From Octopus sinensis (Eukaryota): 64,000 bases of DNA. Location of the stretch: NCBI RefSeq assembly GCF_006345805.1, contig NC_043001.1, forward strand, positions 135,222,001 through 135,286,000, given 5' to 3'. Positions within the stretch are counted from its first letter, which is position 1. Every line of letters starts with the position of its first letter. The notes beneath the pieces were generated by a model. That model made no database searches. It saw only the letters and a program-made list of their open reading frames with translations, and had not been told where the DNA came from. Both the position numbers and the translations under genes were made by a program. Positions 51,930 through 64,000 of the stretch are shown here, piece after piece.

Positions 51930-52107
51930 CAGTGGTTCCCAAACTTTTTTAGAGTCACGACCCACTATTTATCACACCAGTTTATGACGACCCACTTAAC
52001 TATACTTGAACTATCTCGATGGACAGCAGTTAATCAAAGCTAATGCGTAATTTTATAACTTTTTGCGACCCATTTGTGGGTCGCGACTTATAGTTTGGAA
52101 ACCACTG
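51930..52107. mobile_element. hAT MITE
   Basis: TIRs cagtggttcccaaact / agtttggaaaccactg; 8-bp TSD tattacat. Confidence 0.92.
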
Positions 52108-52326
52108 TATTACATGATAGCATTAAACATATATTGAGGTATAAAACCCCTTTTATTCAATTTCTTAAGCAAAGAAAAAGCATGAAGCAAAAATTTAACT
52201 TTGTCATTTATTGTCAATAAATACATGCCGGGTAGATTAAGAACATTTTACGTAGTATCGTGGTATTACATGTATATTTAGTATTTTTAATGTTGATGAC
52301 TAATACACATATTCTAACAAATGCCT

Positions 52327-52608
52327 CGAAGAAATTCTGCCAAAGATTTGTGGTTCTCCTGTCGAGCAACACAATTTATGAAGGCGTTCTTCTGGCTGCA
52401 CTTTGCGATTTTTTTCTCTGAGACTTTATTTCCTGGATTCTTCTGTAGGGTAGATTAAGTCTGGGATCTCACTTTTTCTGACTTTATATAGAAGAAATTC
52501 TGCCACAGTCTTGTGGTTCTCCTGTCGAGCAACGCAATTTGTGAAGGCGTTCTTCTGGCTGCACTTTGCGACTTTTTTTCTAGAGTCATCAGTAGGGTAG
52601 ATTAAGTT
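52327..52608. repeat. Diverged ~165-bp tandem duplication
   Basis: gaagaaattctgcca...gtggttctcctgtcgagcaac...ggctgcactttgcga...gtagattaagt occurs twice. Confidence 0.85.
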
Positions 52609-52828
52609 GAGGATTTTATTTGTTCTTACAACAAATAAATAGTTTTAGGTAAGAAGTAACATATTTTCTGGCATATAAGGAGCACTTTTTTTCCAAAACA
52701 TTCCTGCCAAAAGTCACCCTGCACCTAATATGCTGGTGGTCATCTTTGGGTAGAATTGGTTAGCATCGTTAATGATGGACAATACAGGTGATGTGGAGTC
52801 AGTGATGATAACTGGCAGTATTAAGGTA

Positions 52829-53258
52829 AATATTGGGATCTTTCCAGTTTGAACGGCAGTTTTTAAAAATAATTTCCACGTAACTAAACACTTTTAAACT
52901 TTGTATACTGGTAGAATGTGTTTATAAAACATCCTTTTCACTTGGCTTTATTGAGAAAATTCTATAGTTTGTAAGATATTTGTTTTTTTTTTTTCTGCAA
53001 TTTCAACCAATCATTGATGTCTATTGAGGTGAAAACATTCTGTGCCGTATGAATATGTCCCTCGTTTAAGAAACAGATTGAGTTTATTTACATTTCTGAA
53101 GAAAAAAAAGATACCCTTCCCCCCATCCCTAACTCTAACCCTAATCCTAAAACAGATTGAAATGCAATAGATCGATACTAGGGTCATGATTATGGGTGAC
53201 AATTTTATATGACACTGATAGAAAAAACTGCCGTTCGAACCGAAAAAAACCCAAATAT
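52829..53258. mobile_element. Unclassified MITE
   Basis: Imperfect TIR aatattggg...tttgaacggcagttttt / aaaaactgccgttcgaacc...cccaaatatt; internal ctaaccctaatcctaa. Confidence 0.7.
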
Positions 53259-53719
53259 TGTAACTTAGCCTACCATAATAACTAACTAAAGAACGCCAGT
53301 CTAAATTTTCATGGTTCCTCTACATGTAAATATAAGACATTCAGCTAGGAAATTGGAATTAGGCCTGCCCAAACCTTATATGCACCAAAATACAGTGAAT
53401 TCTACGACATAGTCTTATTTTTCTTTACATGTTTGTTTCTTGGGTTTGTTGCTGCTTCAAATTAACATATTTTGCATGAATTCTGCCAGCAGGTGTTTTA
53501 CATCTGGGTACTTTTATTAACACTAATAAGTTTGTGTGAGATGGGAATGACAAATAAATCTTGCGAATAGTAAAATAACAGACTCTGAGGAAATGAGCAA
53601 TTTTCTATATTGGTAAAAAAAGACAAAACAAAACAAATAATAAAGAATGGAACAGGTTTTATTTTGTAATGAGGATATGTTATTCCATCGGTTTTATCAT
53701 TGATATTCTTCAGTATTTG

Positions 53720-53760
<41 letters not shown>

Positions 53761-53762
53761 TA

Positions 53763-53870
53763 CTTTATTTAAAGCACCAGAAAATTCAACAAAATCTGTT
53801 ACTCTGAGTTTCTCGTTGCCGTTCATCAGAGTAACAGATTTTGTTGAATTTTCTGCTGCTTTAAATAAAG
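53763..53870 (-). repeat. Hairpin with 45-bp arms enclosing a degenerate hammerhead-like core
   Basis: One arm mismatch; minus strand reads CUGAUGA-acg gcaa cga-GAAA-cuc. Confidence 0.75.
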
Positions 53871-53942
53871 CATATTACTCTACCACTGGTATTTGAGTAC
53901 TCTTTCTTTCCACCTTGTTTCACATTTATGTGTTTACTCCGG

Positions 53943-53976
<34 letters not shown>

Positions 53977-53977
<1 letters not shown>

Positions 53978-54155
53978 TTGGCGATTTTTTTTTCCTGTCT
54001 TCCCTTCTCTGGATCTTTCCTTCTCCTGTTTCCGACAAAGAGCTCCGCTCGAAACGTTAAACCCTCCTTCTTTCCTGAGCGTCCAATAATACTATATTTG
54101 TTCCACGTCCCCGCGTTGTTGTTTTTTTTTTTGTGCTTTCTTGTTTGGATTAACT
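53977..54155 (+). mobile_element. Short PLE-like repeat with hammerhead-like motif at 54028-54062
   Basis: gttt-CCGACAA-A-GAGC tcc GCUC-GAAA-CG-UU^aaac. Confidence 0.6.
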
Positions 54156-54853
54156 TTATATATACATATATATACACACACATACATATATACATACATT
54201 TGTGTGTGTGTATATGCTAAACACTTTATAGGTGTGAAACCAATGGTCACTTTACAACTGGCCATAACTTTTAACTTCCTACACACATAAACAATAAATT
54301 AAATAGATTCAACTAACAATCTAATAATTTATTTATGTTATAACATAATATACTACCAATGCAATATAACATAAAAAATTATTAGAAACCCCATAAAAAG
54401 CCAATAATTTGTGTCTACTTATGTACATTATTTGAGTTATAAACAATTCATATCCATTTATGTTAGTCTCTTCAGAGCTTTGGTTCAAAAGACTGATGAA
54501 ATTCCGTGTGAAAGGACAACTGGATTGCAAAAACATTAATTCAAATGCCTATGATTAGGAGCTTGAGTGTTAACTACACAACAATTACAACTGCACAACA
54601 ATTACAATTACATAACAATTACAATTAAAAAAAACAACAAAGTTATAACGGATAAAATAATTAAGTAAATAGAAATATATTTCAATAATTGCAGATTCTA
54701 TGTATCTCAAATAATATTAATCCAATCTTTGGCTATTTTAATGACATACAACAACAATATATAAGTTTATATATGAATTAAGCATCAGGGTCTTTTTTAA
54801 TCTAGAGACGGTAATAAAATGTGTAAATAAATATAAATGATAATATAGTATTA

Positions 54854-55657
54854 TCATCATCATCATCGTTTAACGTCCGTTTTCCATGCTAGCATGGGTT
54901 GGACGGTTCAACTGGGGTCTGGGAAGCCAGAATGCTGCGCCAGGCCCAGTCTGATCTGGCAGTGTTTCTATGGCTGGATGCCCTTCCTAACACCAACCAC
55001 TCCATGAGTGTAGTGGGTGCTTTTTACATGCTACCTGCACAGGTGCCAGACGAGGCTGTACGTGCCACCGGCATGGGGGCCAAACGAGGCTGGCAACATC
55101 CACAATTGGATGGTGCTTTTTATGTGCCACCGGCACAGAGGCCAGTCGGGGCAGCGCTGGCAACGGCCACGTTTGGATGGTTCTCTTACGTGCCACTGGC
55201 ACTGGTATCACAGCTACAATTTCCATTGAAAACGATTTTGATTTTGATTTTCACTTGCCTCAACAGGTCTTCACAAGTAGGGTTTGTGTCACAAGAAGGA
55301 AAGGTTATGCATAAGTGGGCTGGCTATGTCCCAGGTAGAAGCCATGGGTTATGGTCTCACTTGTCCTGTACACAGCATACTTCCAAAGGTCTCGGTCTCT
55401 GGTCATTTCCTCGGTGAGACCTAAAGTTCGAAGGTCGTGCTTCACCACCTCGTCCCAGGTTTTCCTGGGTCTACCTCTTCCACAGGTTCCCTCAACTGCT
55501 AGGGTGTGGCACTTTTTCACACAACTATCTTCATCCATTCTCGCTACATGACCATACCAGCGCAAACGTCTCTCTTGAACCCCACAACTGATGCTTCTTA
55601 GGTCCAACTTTTCTCTTAAGGTACTTACACTCTGTCGAGTATGAACACTGACATTAC
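54854..55657 (-). mobile_element. 5'-truncated RTE LINE
   Basis: STLREKLDLRSISCGVQERRLRWYGHVARMD...RPRKTWDEVVKHDL, 3' UTR, (GAT)n. Confidence 0.9.
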
Positions 55658-56246
55658 AAGTATGAACATAACAACTCTTCTCTTTTATTATATAAAAATT
55701 GTTTAGAGTAACTAACAAAAAAATATTCTTTATTTAGATAGTTTATCAGAGGAAGAATTCCTTAAAAAATAAGAACAGAAACTTAGAGCTATGATAACTA
55801 CAACCCAGTATCTCCTCCCATTATAATTATTTTTTGTAGTCTTAGGATATGGAACTCGAAGTGGATGCAATTCAATGGTTGTTCATTTTAGTTCTCATTT
55901 CATCGGGTTCGCTCCCGGCGACCATCTGTATGGCAGCGCATAGTTCGTTATAGCTCCGTTCACATGAGGTACATTACCTCTGGAGATAACGGGTAAAGTT
56001 AGGGCGGGTTAAGAATCTGCTGTGAACTGCTAGTTTGCAGTGTTGTTCAACATGCACGACTGGTTCTTTATTTTCTTGACCCCTAAAAAGAGGGAAGGCA
56101 AAGTTGGCTTTGGGTGGATTTGAACTCTAAGCACCGAAAGCCAGAACAAATATCCCAGAGCATTTTGTTTTGATGACTCTTCCAGACTAAACCTAGTATT
56201 TATTTCATTTAGTTCTTTCACTAAGTAGGGGCCAAAAAGGCGTCAT

Positions 56247-56453
56247 GCTGGCAGAAATGCTAGCACGCAGAGCGAAATGCTTAGAAGTATTTCATCTGTC
56301 TTTATATTCTGAGTTCAAATTCTGCCAAGGTCGACTTTGCCTTTCATCCTTTTGGGGTCAATAAATTAAGTACCAGTTGCATACTGGAGTCGATCTAATC
56401 GACTGGTCCCCTCTCCTAAAATGTCAGGCCTTATGCCTAGAATAGAAAAGAAT
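56247..56453 (+). mobile_element. SINE family B variant
   Basis: Head and central domain match. Confidence 0.8.
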
Positions 56454-56469
56454 AAGTAGGGACCAAAAT

Positions 56470-56895
56470 AAACGTGCCACTTGCACAAGTGCCAGTAAGG
56501 CGATGCTGGTAATGATCTCGTTTGAATGGTGCTTTTTATATGCCACTGGCACGGAAGCCAGTCAGCTACTCTGGCAGCGATCACGCTTGGATGGTGCTCT
56601 TAGTGCTCCACTGGCACAGGTGCCAGTCATCGAATTTGTGAAATGCCTCAATGCAAGTAGAGTTTAGTGTCCAATGAAGGAAAGGTATGCATAAGTGGGC
56701 TGGTTACACCCCTGGCATAGGCCACGGGCTATGGTCTCACTTAGCTTGCTGAGTTTTCTCATGCACTGCAAATCCACTCACAAGGCTTTGGTCAGTCTGA
56801 GGCTATCGTAGAAGACACTCGCCTAAGGTGCCATGCAGTGGGACTGAACATTGGACTAAGAGGTCGGTAAGCAAGCTTCATACTACATAGCCATG
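56470..56895 (-). mobile_element. RTE 3' UTR fragment joined to a family A SINE head
   Basis: Match to ~35460-35660 and to the reverse complement of the SINE A head. Confidence 0.7.
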
Positions 56896-57317
56896 CTTGA
56901 AATATTCTTTATCTTAAATAAAAGGGATCTATGTGAGGGCTTTTGTTTTGGGTTTTTTGTTGAAATAAAGGGGATTAGCATACACAGTAATTAGGGTCAA
57001 TTAGTTGTTGAGGTAGTATTTATAATTAGGTGTAAATTAATTTAGTGACAGTTCTTATAATAAGGGGGTCCAGATTAGTCTTGGCATGATTGTTGTTATA
57101 ATTAGGGGTAGAATTAGCCCCAGTTGTAACAATCATTATAATTAGGGGCCAACTATAAGGACAATGTAAGAAAGTATTATTGACCTTTATGTTTCTTCAG
57201 GTTTCATATTTCTACTGCCTCAGCCTGGATATTACTGGTGGTTTTGCCAATTAAGAACTACTACTACTACTACTACCACCACCATTGTTTTTTAACACCA
57301 TATCTACCAGAATGGCA

Positions 57318-57650
57318 ATTAGCATCATCACTACCACATTACCACTATCAAGCCGACAGCCATCACCACCACTACCACCGTTATCACTACTAAGACAGCT
57401 ACCACCACCATTGCCACTACTGCCACCACTACCAAGATGACAACCACCACCACTACCACCACACTCACTAAATTACCTCTGCCATTAATAGAATTACTGC
57501 TACTGCTACCACCTTTATTACCATCATTACTGTTATTATCAACCCCAACACTACCACCAGTCACTCCACCACCACTACTTGCATTAATAACACCATCACC
57601 ACTTCTACTATTACCACCACCATCAACACCTGCCCTTTTCATAATACCTC
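57318..57650. repeat. (ACC/ACT/ATC)n low-complexity tract
   Basis: Direct reading. Confidence 0.85.
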
Positions 57651-57824
57651 ACCACTCAAAATATAAAGATGGCACCCACTTAGTGGCATTTACTAAACGA
57701 TTTAACTTGTTAACTCCTCTTTACCGGGACAATGGAGCACTGAATAATCTGTGAGGTTGAAGTAATTCTATAACATTAGAGCAATAGTTCTTAACCATTT
57801 TTTGCACCTATTTCTTTCTTTTTT

Positions 57825-57863
57825 ACTCAGTTGTGAAGCAGTGGTGGAGGACAAACATAGACA

Positions 57864-57894
<31 letters not shown>

Positions 57895-58235
57895 TATGAT
57901 GTGCTTCTTTCAGTTTCCATTTACCAAATCCATTCACAGGCTTTGGTCAATTCAGAGGCTATAGTAGAAGACACTTGCCCAAGGTGCCATGCAGTAGGAC
58001 TGAACCCGGGACCATAAAGTTGTGAAGCAAGCTTCTTACCACTCAAGCCATGCCTGAAATTTTCTTTACCATGAATATAGGTGCAGGAGTGGCTGTGTGG
58101 TAAGAAGCTTGCTTCCCAATCACATGGTTCCAGTTTCAATCCTACTGCTTGGCATCTTGGGCAAGTATCATCTACTATTGCCTTGGCCCAACCAAAGCCT
58201 TGTGAGTGGATTTGGTAGACGGAAACTAAAAGAAG
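57825..58235. mobile_element. Head-to-head pair of family A SINE 5' halves (57825-58045 minus, 58078-58235 plus)
   Basis: Family match, ~30-bp spacer. Confidence 0.82.
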
Positions 58236-59320
58236 CAGTGTGAATTAGTGATTTACTAAAGAACACAATTCATTGCCCAGTCCGAGAATTGAGACCATGA
58301 TCTTGTGATTGCAAGTGCAACACTGTGTTGCAATAACCATTTTAGCCATTTTGAAATATGGCGCGAATTGGCAATATGATGTAATGTCTTTTCCAAAGAA
58401 TTATCATTTTCTTTTTTTTCCATTGGTTAATATAACTGCTCATATAAAGATTCTAAAAGTTTCGTAAAGAATATTTGTCATGGATTTCGATTCTTTTAAG
58501 TCAAGTTGAGCAGTTATAAAAACCCTGGATTTTAGGAAAAATTTCAGTGTTTGTTGGATGTTACTGAACTCCACGACACTCACTCTTTTGAGACATCAGT
58601 AATTTTCATGCCATGTCTAAGTTAATCACAAGTCTATTTTGATTTGTAGATTAATGTATTAGTTAGAATTAATAAATTAGTTAATGAATTTATAGTTGTT
58701 CTTCACGACAAAGTTATCTTTCTTTCCAATTGTAAATAATATAAAATGTTATATTTATATAATAAAACTAATTAAAAGAAAATGTTTCTCTTCACGTTTG
58801 TTTTTCAACTGAGTATAAATAAGTATGCATTTCTGTAATCCTTAATTTGTTTTCTTATAGCGGTTTAAAAGACACGAAGAAAATATTCAACATACATGTT
58901 AATATTCATAGCGTTTCATGCGTATATGTCTCTATGACGTTATAACTGTAGTTAGGGTTTTAAGTATAATGATAACACTTTAGTATAAGTAACGTTGAAT
59001 CATTATATTCTCCCTTACTCAGAAAAAAGCCAAATAAAATAATATAACCTAAGAGAAAGCTTAAGGTTTAAAACAAAAACCGCCATAACTGCGACACCCA
59101 AATCACTAGACTAAATCTTCTCTATATGTAAAATACAAAGCAAAAAACAAACAAAACAAAGTAGCTAATATATACCATGAAACAATGGCTCAACAAAATC
59201 AAGCCTCCTGCAATATGATAACATTAATGGACTTGAAATCACCTTTATAGAACCCACAAGTGCAGAACACTTTTTTTGTTTTTAGTACAGAGAGCATGTT
59301 GGTGGCTTTGTAATATATCG

Positions 59321-59691
59321 TTTAATTGTTTCAGTCACTGGATTGCAGCCATGCTGGGACACAGCCTTCAAGAATTTTCAGTCAAATGAATTGATCTCAG
59401 TGCTTATATCTTGTTAAACCTGGTACTTATTCTATCACTCACTTTTGCTGAACAGCTAAGTGGCTGGGATGTAAACACACCAAAACTGGTTGTCAAGCAG
59501 TGGTGGAGTACAAACACAGCTACTTACACACATGCACACATACAATGTGATTCTTTCAGTTTCTGTCTACCAAATACATTCACATGACTTTGGTTGGCCC
59601 AGGGCTATAGTAGAAGACATTTGCCCAAGGTGCCACACAGAAGGACTGAACCTGGAACCATGTGGATGGGAAGCAAGTTTCTTACCACACT
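59321..59691 (-). mobile_element. SINE family A, older copy
   Basis: Family match. Confidence 0.82.
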
Positions 59692-59879
59692 GTATTGTAT
59701 AACTAAACACTATGAGGTACTGTTACACACTGGAACTGTGAAATCCAAAGTAAAAACTAGCAACATAAACATATTACTGCAATGATTTCTTATGGAGACA
59801 GAAAGTCTCAAATATAGGAAATGAAACTTGAGTCAAATGATTGATCCTGAAAGGATGAAAAGTAAATAAAATTGATCTT

Positions 59880-60252
59880 GATGGAATTTGAGCTCAGAAT
59901 ATAAAATTCAGGAATAAATATTGGTTTCAGATTTTGGCACTAGGCCATTGATCCTCGGAGATGGAGTAAGTCAATTCCATAAATCTCCGGTGTTCAACTG
60001 GTATTTATCTTATTGACCCCGGAAGGATGAAATGCAAAGTCAGACTTGGTGGAATTTGAACTCAGACTGTAAAATCAGGAATAAATATTGGTTTCAGATT
60101 TTGGCACTAGGCCATTGATCCTCGGAGATGGAGTAAGTCAATTCCATAAACCCCTGGTGTTCAACTGGTATTTATCTTATTGACCCTGAATGGATGAAAT
60201 GCAAAGTCAGACTTGGCGGAATTTGAACTCGGACTGTAAAATCTGGAATAAA
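59880..60252 (-). repeat. 167-bp tandem duplication of a family-B-related SINE fragment
   Basis: caggaataaatattggtttcag at 59909 and 60076. Confidence 0.85.
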
Positions 60253-60296
60253 AATTACAAGTCATTTTGTCCAACTCACTGCCCTATAAAACACAT

Positions 60297-60522
60297 GAAT
60301 CCTTTTGATGCCAACCCAGCTGAAACTGCCTCTGGCTCTGAGTACAGATGTCTTTTTTTCATAAGTTTTGAATTAAAATCTTCCAAGTCTTAGTCACAAT
60401 TTATGTTCCTAACACCAGCTTAATGATAACTAGGTTGTTTTACTAAATTCTTTGTTATATTTAGAATTAATTGAAAGAAAAACAGACCATCTCAAAATAA
60501 ATACTGTAATAAAAGAGTTAAT
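60297..60522. mobile_element. piggyBac-type MITE, degenerate left end
   Basis: aatccttttgat ... ataaaagagttaa; relative at ~37644-37710. Confidence 0.55.
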
Positions 60523-60574
60523 ATAATTAAGAACGTACATATCAACATACCCCATACTTGCTAAGATACTTTGT

Positions 60575-60912
60575 GAAGGTACATGGCTCAGTGGTTAGAG
60601 CATTGGGTTCACAATCATGAGGTAGTGAGTTCAATTCCCAGACCAGGCTGTGTGTTGTGTTCTTGAACAAGATATTTTATTTCACGTTGCTCCAGTTCAC
60701 TCAGCTGTAGAAATGAGTTGCGACGTCACTGGTGCCAAGCTGTATTGGCCCCTTTGCCTTTCCCTTGGATAACATTGGTGTTGTGGAGAGAGGGGGCTGG
60801 TATGCATGGGTGATTGCTGGTCTTCCATAAACAAACTTACTCGGACTTGTGCCTCGGAGAGGAACTTTCTTGGTGCACTACTATGGTCATTCATGACCAA
60901 AAGAGGTCCCTT
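60575..60912 (+). mobile_element. SINE family D
   Basis: Family match. Confidence 0.88.
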
Positions 60913-61129
60913 ATCATTATACCACCAACTTGACTCAGTTTTTTTTACAAAGTTACACATTTCAGGTACCACTTAACACTACCCCAAATACCATAACCAT
61001 TGGAAATACTCAAAGAACACAATGCATTAACACATTCAGGTATAAAAGCAATACGTCTAAGACGAGGAATGCAATAGCATCACAGCTAAACTTCTTTCAC
61101 ACTCTGAACAACCTACACTAATATACCAT

Positions 61130-61900
61130 AGGTTTTTCTCACTGACACAAATACATATATTGACAGGTTTTGCACTTCCTGGGTTTTGATAACCTATATA
61201 TATAAAGCTGAAGTTGTGTGTGTGTGGCAGGTTTGGTAGCCTTCAACTAACACTATCTCCTCCAAGACCCTGTGGCACAAGTTGACCAAAATTGAGAGTA
61301 TGATAGAAGAAGGCTTGCTCTTCATTCTGTAGAAGAAAAAAATTCAAATCAGACCATGTTAACACCAAAAATTATTTACATCAAAAAGGTGCTTTTTTTT
61401 CTATGAAAATCCCTATTTTTTATGATTTTTTTGACTGCTGTGTCACCATTTTTTGGTGTATTTCAACCAGAGAAATGTTCACTTAAAGAGAATAACAAGC
61501 TACATAATGCAAAATTTTTAAGTTTCAGAAATTCCAATTCTAAAGGGTCGAAAAGAATTTCTTTGTCTCTTGCTTTTAATAATCCTATGTGTTTCCAGTG
61601 TCTTTTACAGTCGCAGGTCCTTCATAAGGAGGGGTATATTTTAGTGGATGATATTGTATGCTTCCATGTTCCTCAGATTGTGTGTTGATATGTAAGATAA
61701 AGTTTTAAGTGTGTGATGGTGTTTTCTTTTCTGTTACTCTTGCATGTCTATCATTTTTGCACATTCTATTCCATTTTTGATTAGACTGGCCTGGTATTTT
61801 CTATCTAGTAATGTGTTTTTAAGTTCTTGGAGTCGCTTTTCTTGGGTTTCAGGATTTGAGGCAATCATGCAACATACTCTATATAAATCACTATCTGACA
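61130..61900 (-). pseudogene. Penelope-like retroelement remnant (RT C-terminus to zinc-knuckle linker), split by a Helitron
   Basis: MIASNPETQEKRLQELKNTLLDRKY...IKNGIECAK, ISTHN..NMEAYNII, RIIKSKRQ, then KPRKCKTCQYM beyond the Helitron. Confidence 0.7.
61193..61555 (+). mobile_element. Non-autonomous Helitron lacking its 3' end
   Basis: Same family as 13791-14181; no terminal hairpin or CTAG. Confidence 0.78.
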
Positions 61901-62022
61901 CTCAGACGCACAACACAACTCCTATGTATGCAAATATAACTGATTAACCTGACTCAGAAGAAAGTACATAGTCTACACAGTTACCATATGCCAGTAAATA
62001 CCATAAGCATCCATCAAATACC

Positions 62023-62253
62023 TATTTCTTTATTACCCACAAGGGGCTAAAGACAGAGGGGACAAACAAGGACAGACATAGGTATTAGGTCGATTACATC
62101 GACCCCAGTACGTAACTGGTACTTAATTTATCGACCCCGAAAGGATGAAAGGCAAAGTCGACCTCGGCGGAATTTGAACTCAGAACGTAACGACAGACAA
62201 AATACGGCTACGCATTTCGCCCGGCGTGCTAACGTTTCTGCCAGCTCGCCGCC
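62023..62253 (-). mobile_element. SINE family B, full length, near consensus
   Basis: Family match. Confidence 0.92.
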
Positions 62254-62979
62254 ATCAAATCCATCAAATACCGTTCCCTCAGGGAAGCCAATCAGGTAAA
62301 ACAACAAACTTGACCACCAGAAAAACAAGATGTCACCAGTACTTTAACGAATCAAAAATCAGATCTACTCGCAGAAAAAAATTAAAAATACACCGGATTC
62401 CAAAACATACCACTACAAGCAAAAGTTCCTACACACAACAGAAAGAGGATCAAAGAAATTGTAAACCAAATCTTAATTTCCCCCTTTTTTCCCTCTTAAT
62501 TCAGTATGACCGAAACTTTGATATTCATTTCTTGTCAATCACTACTAACACTAATGAGCTTTGTACATTCAAACAAATTGATGCACAATTTTAATATTAT
62601 TGACTTTTATGAACATTTAAACTTGTCAACATTGAAACTTCTAAAGATGTTTTTCTAATTCAGAATTCTAAATTTTTACCATTGATAATCAAAAAATATT
62701 GTTGAAACTAGTTTGGTATATATGTAAATAAATGTATTTTAAACAATTACAAGTTTTTCAAATTTAGGTACATTTTCAACAACAAATTTGCCTATATTTT
62801 TTCCTGCGTGGAAATACACCCCCTCTTTTGTTTATATATATATGTATGTATGTGTGTGTGTGTGTTTGTGTGTGTGATATGTACAGACACACACAACACG
62901 CATACAGGTAAATATATGCATGCATGTATACATGAGTTTTCAAACATGTTGTCAGCTTGTATGAAAGCAACAAGTTTAA

Positions 62980-63714
62980 TGTAGGTTTGGTTACTACCAT
63001 AGTGTTGGTTTGTGGGAGTGGTGGTGGAGGTGGTAGTAGGTGTAGTGGTGGAAACAGAGGAGTGTTCACCATTAATATTCAAATATATCACCACCACCAC
63101 CATCATCATCACCACCATCACCACTATAGTTGTCACCATCATCATCACTATCGTTATCATCATCATCATCATCTGCTGCGATGGCAACACCATCATCTTT
63201 TAATTAGCAATACCATCAACGCAAACATAAGCAACAAAGATATCCTCAAGAATAGAAACAACAACAACAATAACAGCAACAACATCAACATCAGTAAAAT
63301 ATCATAAACACCCTTCAGTAACTCAATCCCCCCACACCACCACCACCACCACCACAGTGTGGGGTGGCAATGAGGGGGATAATGGGAGTACAGTACATAA
63401 GGTGGAGGGAGGTAACATGGTATGAGGGAGCGGAGGAGCTTTAGTTATCAATGACATCAATGTGGGAGATGGGTTGTTGTCATGGTTTTGTCGTCCTTAC
63501 TATCTTCCCTCATCACCATTATCATCGGCCTCATCATCATCACCACCACCATCATCATAATTAGCAAAATTACTACCACCTCCACAAACACCACAATCGC
63601 AACTACTACTACTACTACTACTAGCACCTGCACCACCAGCACCACCACAACACCATCACCACTACCATGACGACGATGATCATTACCAGCATCACCAGCA
63701 CCACCAGCACCACC

Positions 63715-63757
<43 letters not shown>

Positions 63758-63830
63758 GTTACACCAACACTATCCACTGTTGCAGACATTACTACTCCCA
63801 ACATCATCATCATCATCAATAATGTCATGC
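62980..63830. repeat. (CAT/CAC/ACT)n low-complexity tracts
   Basis: Direct reading. Confidence 0.85.
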
Positions 63831-64000
63831 AACACTAGCTTGCTCTACACCCCCACTACCAGTGCTACTACCCCAACATATCTCTGAACATACCCCTATC
63901 TGCAGTATATATAACGATGTAAATTTTAGCCAGATATGGGTTAGCCCAAAATGAAGGGTAGGTGGATGAGGGTATACTCATTAGTTCTTGTTGTTATTGT

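Noticed and set aside
53120-53150. Telomere-like ctaaccctaatcctaa
   Set aside because: Only 2-3 degenerate units, located inside a MITE.
55880-55975. HDV-like fold in the CpG-rich island
   Set aside because: P1 relies on three G-U pairs, with no P1.1 GG and no convincing J4/2 or P2.

Overview
This is AT-rich, very repeat-dense animal DNA. The SINE families, RTE tails and microsatellite load fit an Octopus (coleoid cephalopod) genome; this is recognition, not a database result. I can support no host protein-coding exon, true tRNA, rRNA or CRISPR array, and most listed ORFs are microsatellite read-throughs. The window is a nested transposon landscape: four tRNA-derived SINE families (about 40 copies or fragments), RTE LINE 3' ends with (GAT)n tails, R4/Dong-type LINEs in (TAA)n arrays, Penelope-like (PLE) remnants, a decayed hAT element, Tc1, mariner, pogo, piggyBac and hAT MITEs, three non-autonomous Helitrons and a Gypsy integrase fragment. 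The best lead is a ~325-bp palindrome (16825-17149) made of two divergent type I hammerhead ribozymes with an unusually long helix II. Further variant-core hammerhead-like motifs occur in small PLE-like repeats. Also notable are two perfect foldback palindromes (44-bp and 58-bp arms) and a 26-copy 22-bp minisatellite that arose inside the Gypsy integrase. Most SINE and LINE-fragment boundaries are approximate; TIR, TSD, ribozyme and palindrome coordinates were counted by hand.
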